A stretch of 32,000 nucleotides of DNA from Planctomycetales bacterium (GTDB lineage: Bacteria > 4484-113 > JAFGCY01), in assembly GCA_022646745.1 (NCBI GenBank), contig CP060262.1:1770001-1802000 (forward strand), read 5' to 3'. A program made the position numbers and the translations under genes. Of this stretch, positions 1 through 7,600 are shown piece after piece. Below the pieces are notes generated by a model. That model searched no databases, was not told the DNA's origin, and saw only the letters and a list, made by a program, of their open reading frames with translations. Numbering within the stretch: the first letter of the stretch is position 1; the number at the start of each line of letters is the position of its first letter.

Positions 1-827
1 TCGCAGGCGTGCTCGCCATCAGCCTGGCCTCACTGGTCTTCGGGGCCTGCGGCGGCGGAGGGGGCAACATCACCGGCTACGTGGTGCCGGACAACCCCTA
101 TTACTACGGTGGCAACAACGGCCCCTACTACTCAGGTAACAGCGACTACTACTACCAGAACGGCTACTACTACGACCAGTATGGCTACTATGACCAGTTC
201 GGCTACTACGACGGTTATGGCAACCAGCTGTACAACTCGAATGACCCGGCCTACGTGAACATCGTCAACCGCAACGGACGTGGCAACGACCCCTTCATGC
301 AGAACTATGCCAACATCAACGACCGCACGGTCTCGCAGTTCGTCAACTCAACCTACTCCGAGATGCTGGCGGACTTCGGCGGCAGCCTGCAGGACCTGCT
401 GGTGCGCGTGGATGGCAACTCAGTTGACATCCCGCCCGGGGAGTACACGCTGGCAAGCCGCAATGCGGTGCTCAGTGAGGACGGCGGCCTGGACAGCGCG
501 ATCACGCTCAACTCCAGCTATGACGGAGTCAGCCTCGTGACCTACACGCTCGAGGAGTTCTCCGGCTACGAGCAGCTGGCCAGCTTCGCCATCAACGGCA
601 CGGGCAGCTTCGGCAGTGGCGACCGCAACGGGGTGTACTTCGGCATCCGCCAGTACGGCGACCGTGACACCCGCTGGTACGGCCCCTACCGCAACGGGAT
701 GGAGTGGAAGGTGCGCCCGCTGCGCTGGGATGAGCGCTACCAGTCGCGCCACTGCTTCGTGACCGTGGCTGTGTTCGGTGGAGACAGCGTGACCGTGAAC
801 CACATGCGCGCTGAGGTCGTTTACTGA
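1..827 (+). CDS. Putative lipoprotein with Tyr/Gly/Asn-rich linker and C-terminal beta-rich domain (5' end probably cut by window edge)
   Basis: The frame is open from the first bases of the window. A hydrophobic h-region and lipobox-like LVFGAC followed by GGGGG lie at nt ~9-62. A ~55-aa Y/G/N/Q low-complexity tract covers nt ~94-255. The C-terminal part shares the pattern WYGPY ... F-x-T-[IV]-AV-x-G ... EV, and the 13-nt string tggtacggcccct, with CDS 2460-3263 and 3435-4277. Stop TGA at 825-827. Confidence 0.6.
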   Translation, partial: AGVLAISLASLVFGACGGGGGNITGYVVPDNPYYYGGNNGPYYSGNSDYYYQNGYYYDQYGYYDQFGYYDGYGNQLYNSNDPAYVNIVNRNGRGNDPFMQNYANINDRTVSQFVNSTYSEMLADFGGSLQDLLVRVDGNSVDIPPGEYTLASRNAVLSEDGGLDSAITLNSSYDGVSLVTYTLEEFSGYEQLASFAINGTGSFGSGDRNGVYFGIRQYGDRDTRWYGPYRNGMEWKVRPLRWDERYQSRHCFVTVAVFGGDSVTVNHMRAEVVY

Positions 828-871
828 ATCGAGGACTGACGAGGCACTGAATCTCGTGCTGAGGGAATTCC

Positions 872-1369
872 ATGGAATCTCCACATTCCGGCATGCCTGC
901 ATTGCGCAGCCCGGGCTATAATCGCCCAGTGGCGAAAAGCTCAGTCTGGTTATGCATTGTATGCTTTGCACTGCTGCTGGCAGGTGCCTGCGGCAGTTCA
1001 TCCACATATTCCTACCGCCTGCCGGCCGGCGTTGACAACAACCTGCGCATCGTGCGCGCCGGTGACCCGAACTCGGTGCTGGCCGACACGCAGGACAAGG
1101 GGCGGATCACGATGCGGGTCGGCGAGACGCTGACGGTCTCGGCGATCTACCGCTTCCGTTCTGCGATCTTCACCGGCACTGACGAAAAGGATGAATTCGT
1201 CACCGCGGACAGCAGCTGGCACTGGCTGGAGGCCGTGAATGACACACTCAGCTTTGACAACGGGGTGGTCACGGCACTCAAGCCAGGGGTGGACACGCTC
1301 AAGGCGGAGTACCGCGACAACGACATCTTCGAGGACTTCGACGCCAAGCTGGAAATCACCGTTGAATAG
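872..1369 (+). CDS. Small lipoprotein, single Ig-like (Big_2-like) beta-sandwich domain; paralog of 1427-1861
   Basis: SD-like GAGGG lies 6 nt upstream of ATG 872 (alternative in-frame starts ATG 893, GTG 929). Signal peptide with lipobox LLAGAC then GSS. Aligns along its whole mature length with the next CDS (RITMRVGETLTVSAIYRFRSAI vs HITMNVGETLNVTTIYRFRSAI; ends LEITVE vs LEITVN). Confidence 0.7.
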   Translation: MESPHSGMPALRSPGYNRPVAKSSVWLCIVCFALLLAGACGSSSTYSYRLPAGVDNNLRIVRAGDPNSVLADTQDKGRITMRVGETLTVSAIYRFRSAIFTGTDEKDEFVTADSSWHWLEAVNDTLSFDNGVVTALKPGVDTLKAEYRDNDIFEDFDAKLEITVE

Positions 1370-1426
1370 GGGCACGGTACCGGGATGGGCAGACGGATCA
1401 GGAAACCACAGTTACAGGAGCTGGAA

Positions 1427-1861
1427 ATGACAATCAACAGGATGGCGGGGATCTTCCTCGCAATGGTGGCGATGCTGGCGCTGGCCGCCTGCGGCGGTGG
1501 CGGCAGCGAGTACATGCTGCCCACCGGCCAGGACTACAGCCTGCGCCTCGTGAAGGGCGGCGACCCGAATGACGTGCTGGCCTCCACCGAGCGCAAGGGC
1601 CACATCACGATGAATGTCGGCGAGACGCTGAATGTCACGACGATTTACCGCTTCCGCTCGGCGATCGGCGACAAGGAGAAGGATGAGTTCGTCACGGCGA
1701 CCTCGGCCTATGTCTGGCTGGAGGACGTGAATGACAAGCTGAGCTACAGCAACGGCAAGATCACCGCGGTCAAGGCCGGGCTGGACACCCTGCTCGTTAA
1801 CTACGTTGACAACAATGCCAATGAGACCGTGTCCTGCCGGCTGGAGATCACGGTCAACTGA
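1427..1861 (+). CDS. Small lipoprotein, single Ig-like (Big_2-like) domain; paralog of 872-1369
   Basis: AGGAG at 1416-1420 lies 6 nt before ATG 1427 (the ORF track's ATG 1385 lacks an SD). Signal peptide MTINRMAGIFLAMVAMLALAAC then GGGG (lipobox LAAC). Tandem paralog of the preceding CDS. A strong terminator follows. Confidence 0.7.
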   Translation: MTINRMAGIFLAMVAMLALAACGGGGSEYMLPTGQDYSLRLVKGGDPNDVLASTERKGHITMNVGETLNVTTIYRFRSAIGDKEKDEFVTATSAYVWLEDVNDKLSYSNGKITAVKAGLDTLLVNYVDNNANETVSCRLEITVN

Positions 1862-1884
1862 TCTTCATCGGATTGATCCACAGT

Positions 1885-1917
1885 GGGCCCGCTTCGGCGG
1901 GCCCTTTCTGCTTTCTG
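1885..1917 (+). terminator. Rho-independent terminator
   Basis: GGGCCCGC-TTCG-GCGGGCCC perfect 8-bp GC stem with tetraloop, followed by TTTCTGCTTTCTG. Confidence 0.75.
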
Positions 1918-2084
1918 CTCCCTGGCTCCGCCTAACAATCTCCTTCTTCATTTACTTCTCCCACTTCTTCAACTATTCAGACTATCTACACTATTGCCAG
2001 ACTCTCGTCTGGCCTCCTGCCCACTGCTTACTGATTATTTAACTTTCACTTAATCAAACTCCTGTTAGGGTTCCGCCCCCCTGC

Positions 2085-2136
2085 GGTAACACATCTGGTT
2101 TGTGAGAACCCCACCAAATTCCAAAGGAGGCAGACC
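2085..2136 (+). promoter_or_regulatory. Conserved leader motif, copy 0 (GGTAAC..GGTT..GAACCCCA..AAATTCCAAA..AGG)
   Basis: Shares ordered blocks GGTAAC / GGTT / GAACCCCA / AAAT(T)CCAAA / AGG-ATG with the leaders at 2403-2459 and 3378-3434, although the downstream gene is unrelated to theirs. Confidence 0.4.
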
Positions 2137-2325
2137 ATGCGTTCAATGATCTATGCAGTGGCGGCAGTGCTGCTGGTACTTGCAATGGCAGTGGTTCACA
2201 TGCTGTCCTCTGCGGATGCCGCGGGCGGCAGCCGGGAGGGGCAGCGCATCGGCATGGCCGTTGCAGGTGACCACACTGACGATGCTTATTGCCAGGTTTC
2301 TGACTGGCTGAGTGAACTGGACTGA
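2137..2325 (+). CDS. Hypothetical small membrane protein (62 aa; N-terminal TM helix, acidic C-terminus)
   Basis: Canonical SD AAGGAGG (2124-2130) lies 6 nt before the ATG. Hydrophobic segment IYAVAAVLLVLAMAVVHML. A terminator lies directly downstream. Third-position GC is lower than in neighbouring genes, so coding status is not certain. Confidence 0.5.
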   Translation: MRSMIYAVAAVLLVLAMAVVHMLSSADAAGGSREGQRIGMAVAGDHTDDAYCQVSDWLSELD

Positions 2326-2350
2326 TGCAGGTGTTGACTGCCTGATCGGT

Positions 2351-2385
2351 GGGGCCGGGAAACCGGCCCCTTTCCGTTTCTGTTT
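2351..2385 (+). terminator. Rho-independent terminator
   Basis: GGGGCCGG-GAAA-CCGGCCCC stem-loop followed by TTTCCGTTTCTGTTT. Confidence 0.75.
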
Positions 2386-2402
2386 AGCGATTGCGCTGGG
2401 CG

Positions 2403-2459
2403 GGTAACGATAACGGTTCATCTGTGGAACCCCAAAATCCAAATCAGAGGCCCACAGAA
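2403..2459 (+). promoter_or_regulatory. Conserved leader motif, copy 1
   Basis: Near-identical to 3378-3434 (about 8 differences over ~60 nt by eye). Contains small hairpins GGTTC-N7-GAACC and TCTGTGG-N24-CCACAGA, the latter ending 2 nt before the ATG. Confidence 0.45.
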
Positions 2460-3263
2460 ATGTATGGAAAGTCTTATACCGGGTTTGCCGGTATCATCGC
2501 AGGAAGCATCATGATCCTCGCAGCCAGCTGCTCCGGTGGCAACGGCATGGCAGAGGTCCCCTCCCCGCAGGACAGCGCGCCTGTCATCGGGGAAGCGCTC
2601 ACCATGGAAGGTGCCCCCAGCCTGGAGAAGATCTCCAGCGGCTGGCAGCAGTGGGGCGATTTCGAGCTCGGCTGGCTGGACCTGCACCAGAGCGTGCATG
2701 ACGGCAGCAATGAGCTGGACGAGACCCGCATCTTCGCCAAGAGCGAGGGAGTCTACAACTTCGAGGACGGCGGCAAGGACTACATCAACTTCCCGGCCGC
2801 CGGAGTCGGCATGCACTACGCCGTGTTCGGCCTGAAGGACATCCCGGTCGGCTCGATCATCCGCGGCATCCGTTTCACCACGGACTTCAACAGCTCCGAG
2901 AGTGATGACGCCGAGTACTACGTTGCCTACAGCAACTACGAGACCGGTGTGTTCCAGTGGTACGGCCCCTACGCCGAGGGCGACATCGAGCTCTACAACC
3001 TGTTCACGAACAACGTCAGTGTCGGCCAGAAGGCCTACTTCACCATCGCGGTCACGGGGAACAACTACTACTCCGACGTGACGGACGTGGAAGTCAGCAT
3101 CGGCAAGCCGCTGAAGGTTGATCTGCCGCTGCTCTACGAGCGCCAGCCGATCCCCAACGACTGGGTTCTCAATGAGTATGGCAAGGTGGACTGGGACCTG
3201 CTGTGGAAGCGTCCCGAGTTCCAGGAGATCATGATCATCGTCCGTCCGATCCTGATCTTCTGA
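2460..3263 (+). CDS. Lipoprotein of unknown function (WYGPY family); paralog of 3435-4277
   Basis: ATG 2460 gives MYGKSYTGFAGIIAGSIMILAASC then SGG (lipobox AASC), with AGAGG ~9 nt upstream. Alternative in-frame starts are GTG 2424 and TTG 2391. Aligns end to end with the next lipoprotein (for example EGVYNFEDGGKDYINFPAAG vs EGVYNFEDDGKDYLNFPATG). G/C-rich third positions. Confidence 0.75.
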   Translation: MYGKSYTGFAGIIAGSIMILAASCSGGNGMAEVPSPQDSAPVIGEALTMEGAPSLEKISSGWQQWGDFELGWLDLHQSVHDGSNELDETRIFAKSEGVYNFEDGGKDYINFPAAGVGMHYAVFGLKDIPVGSIIRGIRFTTDFNSSESDDAEYYVAYSNYETGVFQWYGPYAEGDIELYNLFTNNVSVGQKAYFTIAVTGNNYYSDVTDVEVSIGKPLKVDLPLLYERQPIPNDWVLNEYGKVDWDLLWKRPEFQEIMIIVRPILIF

Positions 3264-3287
3264 GCAGCAACAAGCTGTCCTGAACAG

Positions 3288-3325
3288 CGGGCCTGGCATC
3301 TGCCGGGCCCGTTTTTGTTTTTCTG
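3288..3325 (+). terminator. Rho-independent terminator
   Basis: CGGGCCTGG...CCGGGCCCG stem followed by TTTTTGTTTTTCTG. Confidence 0.7.
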
Positions 3326-3377
3326 CACGATCCTGTGCGCTTTCACTGCATTTGCTGTTTAGGTTTGGGAGGGGCCG

Positions 3378-3434
3378 GGTAACAAGAATGGTTCATCTGT
3401 GGAACCCCCAAATCCAAATCTAGGACCCACAGAA
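3378..3434 (+). promoter_or_regulatory. Conserved leader motif, copy 2
   Basis: GGTAACAAGAATGGTTCATCTGTGGAACCCCCAAATCCAAATCTAGGACCCACAGAA directly upstream of ATG 3435. Same blocks and same hairpins as copy 1. Confidence 0.45.
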
Positions 3435-4277
3435 ATGTACGGAAAGTTCACTAACAGCATTGCAGGAATCATCATCAGCGGCGCCGCCATCATGGCAGCC
3501 AGCTGCTCCGGCGGAGCCGGGATGGATACAGCCAACCCGGGTAACACCGAAGTCGACCAGGCCGCCATCATTGAGCAGGCCATCACCACCGACGAGATGC
3601 CTTCCCTTGAGAAGCTCTCCAGCGGCTGGGAGCAGTGGACCGGCAGCGACATCCTGATCGACTGGTACACCGTCTGGCTCAACAAGCACCAGAGCGTCGG
3701 CTACGGCGTGAACGACCTTGATGAGACAAAGCTGATCACCAAGAGTGAGGGCGTCTACAACTTCGAGGACGACGGCAAGGATTACCTCAACTTCCCGGCC
3801 ACCGGCGGCGGCCTGAACTACGCCGTGTTCGGCGTCAAGGACGTTCCGCAGGGCGCGATCATGAAGGGCATCCGCTTCACCACGGACTTCAACTCCAGTG
3901 AGAGCCCGAACGCTGAGTACTACGTCTGCTACAGCAACTACGAAAGCGGTGTCTACCAGTGGTACGGCCCCTTCGCAGAGGGCGAGTACGAGGTCTACAA
4001 CTTCTACACAAACAACATCAACGAGTACCAGCGTGGCTACTTCACCATCGCCATCACCGGCAACAACTACTACAGCGATGTGACTGACGTGGAAGTGATC
4101 ATCGGCGACCCGATCGACTTCAAGATCCCGGACCTCGTCGAGCACCAGCCGATCCCGAACTGGTGGCTGATGGACGACCTGGGCTTCGTGGACTGGGGCA
4201 AGCTGTTCGAGCTGCCCGCCGTCCAGCAGCTGAAGATCGCCCCGCAGTTCCAGTTCAGGACTGAGCTGGCCCGCTAG
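3435..4277 (+). CDS. Lipoprotein of unknown function (WYGPY family); paralog of 2460-3263
   Basis: ATG 3435 gives MYGKFTNSIAGIIISGAAIMAASC then SGG. Alternative in-frame start GTG 3399. Tandem paralog of the previous lipoprotein. A terminator lies downstream. Confidence 0.75.
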   Translation: MYGKFTNSIAGIIISGAAIMAASCSGGAGMDTANPGNTEVDQAAIIEQAITTDEMPSLEKLSSGWEQWTGSDILIDWYTVWLNKHQSVGYGVNDLDETKLITKSEGVYNFEDDGKDYLNFPATGGGLNYAVFGVKDVPQGAIMKGIRFTTDFNSSESPNAEYYVCYSNYESGVYQWYGPFAEGEYEVYNFYTNNINEYQRGYFTIAITGNNYYSDVTDVEVIIGDPIDFKIPDLVEHQPIPNWWLMDDLGFVDWGKLFELPAVQQLKIAPQFQFRTELAR

Positions 4278-4304
4278 GCAGACAGTCAGCAACAAGGAAA
4301 CAGT

Positions 4305-4338
4305 GAGCCCCGCCACGGCGGGGCTCCTGCATTTTCTG
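4305..4338 (+). terminator. Rho-independent terminator
   Basis: GAGCCCCGC-CACG-GCGGGGCTC 9-bp stem followed by CTGCATTTTCTG. Confidence 0.7.
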
Positions 4339-4393
4339 TGGAGAAAGTATCGCCATACGGGCAGCCCCGGAATCCCATAGTAGAATTCTGCCC

Positions 4394-4912
4394 GTGAGTG
4401 ATATGCAGTTGCCCGATGGACTTGAAGTGATCGTGCTGCTTGGCAGCATCAGCGACCGCGCGGTGGCGGAGGAGATGCTGCCCGTGTTCAGCGATTTCGG
4501 CGTCACCGCCCATGTGGCCGTGTGCAGCGCGCACCGCGACCATGAACGCCTCGCCCGGCTGATCCCCGAGGCTGAGTCGAAGGGCTGCGTGAGCGTGATT
4601 GCAGTGGCGGGCAAGAGCGCACACCTGCCGGGTGTCTGCGCCGCCCTGACCACCATGCCGGTGATCGGCGTGCCCGCAGTCAACAGCGGGATCTGGCAGG
4701 ATTCGCTGTACTCCATCGTGAACATGCCCCCGGGCATCCCGGTGGCCTGCGTCGGCATGGATGCGGGGCGCAACGCCGCCCTGCTGGCCGTGCAGCACGT
4801 TGCCATCGGCCGCAGTGAACTGCGTGGTAAGCTCAAGGACTTCAGGGACAAGATGCGTGAAAGCAACCGGCGTGACAGTGCCAAACTGCAGCAGGAGCTG
4901 TCAGGAAAGTAG
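4394..4912 (+). CDS. purE: N5-carboxyaminoimidazole ribonucleotide mutase (PurE, class I-like)
   Basis: PurE hallmarks are present: VIVLLGSISD, SAHR, AGKSAHLPGV, PVIGVP, and PPGIPVACVG. The start is uncertain between GTG 4394 and ATG 4403. Confidence 0.9.
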   Translation: MSDMQLPDGLEVIVLLGSISDRAVAEEMLPVFSDFGVTAHVAVCSAHRDHERLARLIPEAESKGCVSVIAVAGKSAHLPGVCAALTTMPVIGVPAVNSGIWQDSLYSIVNMPPGIPVACVGMDAGRNAALLAVQHVAIGRSELRGKLKDFRDKMRESNRRDSAKLQQELSGK

Positions 4913-5006
4913 GCGCCACGCACTTCGCGTTCTGTTCCGCAATAAAAAATAAAACTGTGCCGTGCGCGGCGGTGGGTGCCGTGCCCGGCTGCATCCGGAG
5001 CAATGG

Positions 5007-6851
5007 ATGATCGATCGCTACACGCGGCCGCCAATGGGCCGCCTGTTCACGGCGAAGCATCGCTTTGACACCTGGCTGAAGGTTGAGCTGGCTGTCTGCG
5101 AGGCCTGGGCGGAGCGCGGGGAAATCCCGCAGGATGCCTGGAAGCGCATCAGGAAGAATGCCAACTACAAGCTCAAGCGCATCAACGAGATTGAGGCGGC
5201 CGTGCACCATGACGTGATCGCCTTCAACACGGCGGTGGCGGACTACATCGGCGAGGACAGCGCCTACTTCCACAAGGGGATGACCTCCAATGACGTGGTG
5301 GACACCGCGCAGTGCCTGATCCTCAAGGAGGCCGGGCAGCTGATCGAGGAGGGCCTGATCCGCCTGCGCAAGGCGCTCGGCGCCCGTGCGCTGGAGTACC
5401 GCCACACCCCGGTGATGGGCCGCACACACGGCGTGCATGCCGAGCCGACCACCTTCGGGCTGAAGCTCCTGGTCTGGTATGACGAGCTCAACCGCCACGA
5501 GGAGCGGCTCGCGCTGGCGATTGACGGCCTGGCCGTCGGCAAGCTGTCCGGCGCCGTTGGCAACTTCGCGCACATCCCGCCGGACCTCGAGGAGCAGATC
5601 CTGCGAAAGCTCGGCCTGCAGAGTGCGCCGGTCTCCAACCAGGTGGTGCAGCGCGACCGGCATGCGCACTTCGTGATGGTGCTGGCCGGGCTGGCCTCCA
5701 CGATGGAGAAGATCGCCGTCAACCTGCGCAGCTACCAGCGCACGGAGATCGGCGAGGTGCAGGAACCCTTCGCCAAGGGCCAGAAGGGCTCCTCCGCGAT
5801 GCCGCACAAGAAGAACCCGATCCTGCTCGAGCGCATCACCGGGCTGTCCCGTGTGATCCGCGGCTATGCCGTGACCGCGCTTGAGAACGTCGCGCTGTGG
5901 GACGAGCGTGACATTTCACACTCCGGCGCCGAGCGCGTGATCCTGCCGGACGCCTGCATCCTCGTTGACTACATGATGGACAAGCTGTCAACGGTGATCG
6001 GCGGGCTGGTCGTGCGCCCGGAGCAGATGAACCGCAACATCTACCTGACGAAGGGCCTGATCTTCAGCCAGCGTGTGCTGCTGGCCCTGACCGAGGCCGG
6101 CGTCAGCCGCGAGGATGCCTACAGCATGGTGCAGCGCAATGCGATGCGCTGCTGGGAGGACCGCACCCCGCTGCTGGATGCTCTGCTCAATGACCGGGAC
6201 GTGCGCAGCCACCTGGACACGGCGCAGATCTCCAGCCTGTTCACCATCGACCCGTTCCTGGAGCATGTCGACCGGCTGTTCGAGCGCGTCGGCCTCAGTG
6301 ACGGCAAGAAGCACAGCTCAGACGACCCGAAGCCGGTGCAGGCCCCGCGCCGCGGCCGGGGACGCGGCCGGCGCAAGGATGACCGCATCATGCGCAGCGA
6401 ACAGGGCAACATTGACAGCATTGCAGTGGACACCGGCGCGATCCAGAACATCAGTGAGCGCGCCTCCGACTACTACGAGTCCGCCAGCGTGGTACTGAGC
6501 CGTACGAAGTCGGATGCACCGAAGGGTGATGACACGCTTGGCGAGGCGGAGCACCAGAAGAAGAAGGTGGCCAGTGAAGGTACCGGCAAGCCTGCCAGCG
6601 CCTCCCGCAGCCGCTCGCGCAGCAAGCCGCGCACTGACAAGGATAAGGATAAAGTTGCCACTGAAGGCAAGGATAATGAGAAGCCTTCCGGGGTAGGAAG
6701 CAGCAAGCCCGCCCCTCCCGCCGACGCTTTGGCGTCCGCCGATGAGGAGAAGGCGGCGAAGCCACGCCGGCGCAGGCGTCGCAGCCCGTCGCGCAAGCCC
6801 GCAGAGGGTGGCACTGGTAATGGATCTGATACTAAGGAAAAGGGAGAATAG
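5007..6851 (+). CDS. purB: Adenylosuccinate lyase (PurB) with ~186-aa Arg/Ser/Lys-rich C-terminal extension
   Basis: N-terminus MIDRYTRPPMGRLF... from ATG 5007 (the ORF-track start 4962 adds 15 non-conserved residues). Fumarate-lyase signature GSSAMPHKKNP is present. The PurB core ends near ...VDRLFERV (nt ~6290), and the same frame continues without a stop to 6851. Confidence 0.9.
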   Translation: MIDRYTRPPMGRLFTAKHRFDTWLKVELAVCEAWAERGEIPQDAWKRIRKNANYKLKRINEIEAAVHHDVIAFNTAVADYIGEDSAYFHKGMTSNDVVDTAQCLILKEAGQLIEEGLIRLRKALGARALEYRHTPVMGRTHGVHAEPTTFGLKLLVWYDELNRHEERLALAIDGLAVGKLSGAVGNFAHIPPDLEEQILRKLGLQSAPVSNQVVQRDRHAHFVMVLAGLASTMEKIAVNLRSYQRTEIGEVQEPFAKGQKGSSAMPHKKNPILLERITGLSRVIRGYAVTALENVALWDERDISHSGAERVILPDACILVDYMMDKLSTVIGGLVVRPEQMNRNIYLTKGLIFSQRVLLALTEAGVSREDAYSMVQRNAMRCWEDRTPLLDALLNDRDVRSHLDTAQISSLFTIDPFLEHVDRLFERVGLSDGKKHSSDDPKPVQAPRRGRGRGRRKDDRIMRSEQGNIDSIAVDTGAIQNISERASDYYESASVVLSRTKSDAPKGDDTLGEAEHQKKKVASEGTGKPASASRSRSRSKPRTDKDKDKVATEGKDNEKPSGVGSSKPAPPADALASADEEKAAKPRRRRRRSPSRKPAEGGTGNGSDTKEKGE

Positions 6852-6853
6852 CC

Positions 6854-7591
6854 GTGAGTCACAGCAAGGGAGAGATGCTCTACGAAGGCAAGGCCAAGCG
6901 CCTGTACAGGACCGATGACCCGGACCTGCTGATCATGGAGTACAAGGACGACCTGACCGCCTTCGACGCCACCAAGCGCGGCACCTCGCTTGGCAAGGGC
7001 GCGATCAACAATGCAGTCAGTGCGCTCCTGATGGGCCGCCTCAATGACATGCATGTCGAGACGAGCTTCCTGAACCTGATTGATGCCAACCACTCGCTGG
7101 TGCGCAACGTGAAGATCGTGCCGATCGAGGTGATCATCCGCTTCGAGGCGCACGGCAGCCTCTGCCGCCGCTATGGCATCGAGCCCGGCCTGGTCTGCGA
7201 CCCGCCGCTGTACGAGATCTGCTACAAGAACGACGACCTGCATGACCCCTTCATCACCGACCAGATCGCGGTGCTGATGGGACTGGCGACATACGACGAG
7301 CTTGCCAAGATCAAGTACATGGCGCTCACCATCGGCCATACCCTGCGTGAGATCTACCTTGGCCAGGGCATCAAGCTGCTGGACTTCAAGCTTGAGTTCG
7401 GCCGCTACCAGCCGGCCGGCGAAAGCGAGGCGCGCATCATCCTTGCCGACGAGATCACCCCCGATACCTGCCGCCTGGTGGATGCGCAGACCGGCGAGAA
7501 GCTGGACAAGGACCTGTTCCGCTTCGACATGGGCGACCTCGGCGAAGGCTACAGGAAGCTGCTCGACAAGCTGCAGGCCAGCGCCGGCTAG
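6854..7591 (+). CDS. purC: SAICAR synthetase (PurC)
   Basis: YEGKAKRLY N-terminal motif and overall PurC-like sequence. GGGAG (6842-6846) lies 7 nt before GTG 6854, which starts 2 nt after the purB stop. Confidence 0.9.
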   Translation: MSHSKGEMLYEGKAKRLYRTDDPDLLIMEYKDDLTAFDATKRGTSLGKGAINNAVSALLMGRLNDMHVETSFLNLIDANHSLVRNVKIVPIEVIIRFEAHGSLCRRYGIEPGLVCDPPLYEICYKNDDLHDPFITDQIAVLMGLATYDELAKIKYMALTIGHTLREIYLGQGIKLLDFKLEFGRYQPAGESEARIILADEITPDTCRLVDAQTGEKLDKDLFRFDMGDLGEGYRKLLDKLQASAG

Positions 7592-7600
7592 GCCGGCTGG

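Noticed and set aside
4278-4393. Purine or ZTP riboswitch upstream of purE
   Set aside because: The gap holds only the upstream gene's terminator and a short AT-rich patch. I could not find the conserved purine-riboswitch three-way junction or ZTP (pfl) motif strings. A covariance-model scan would be the decisive test.
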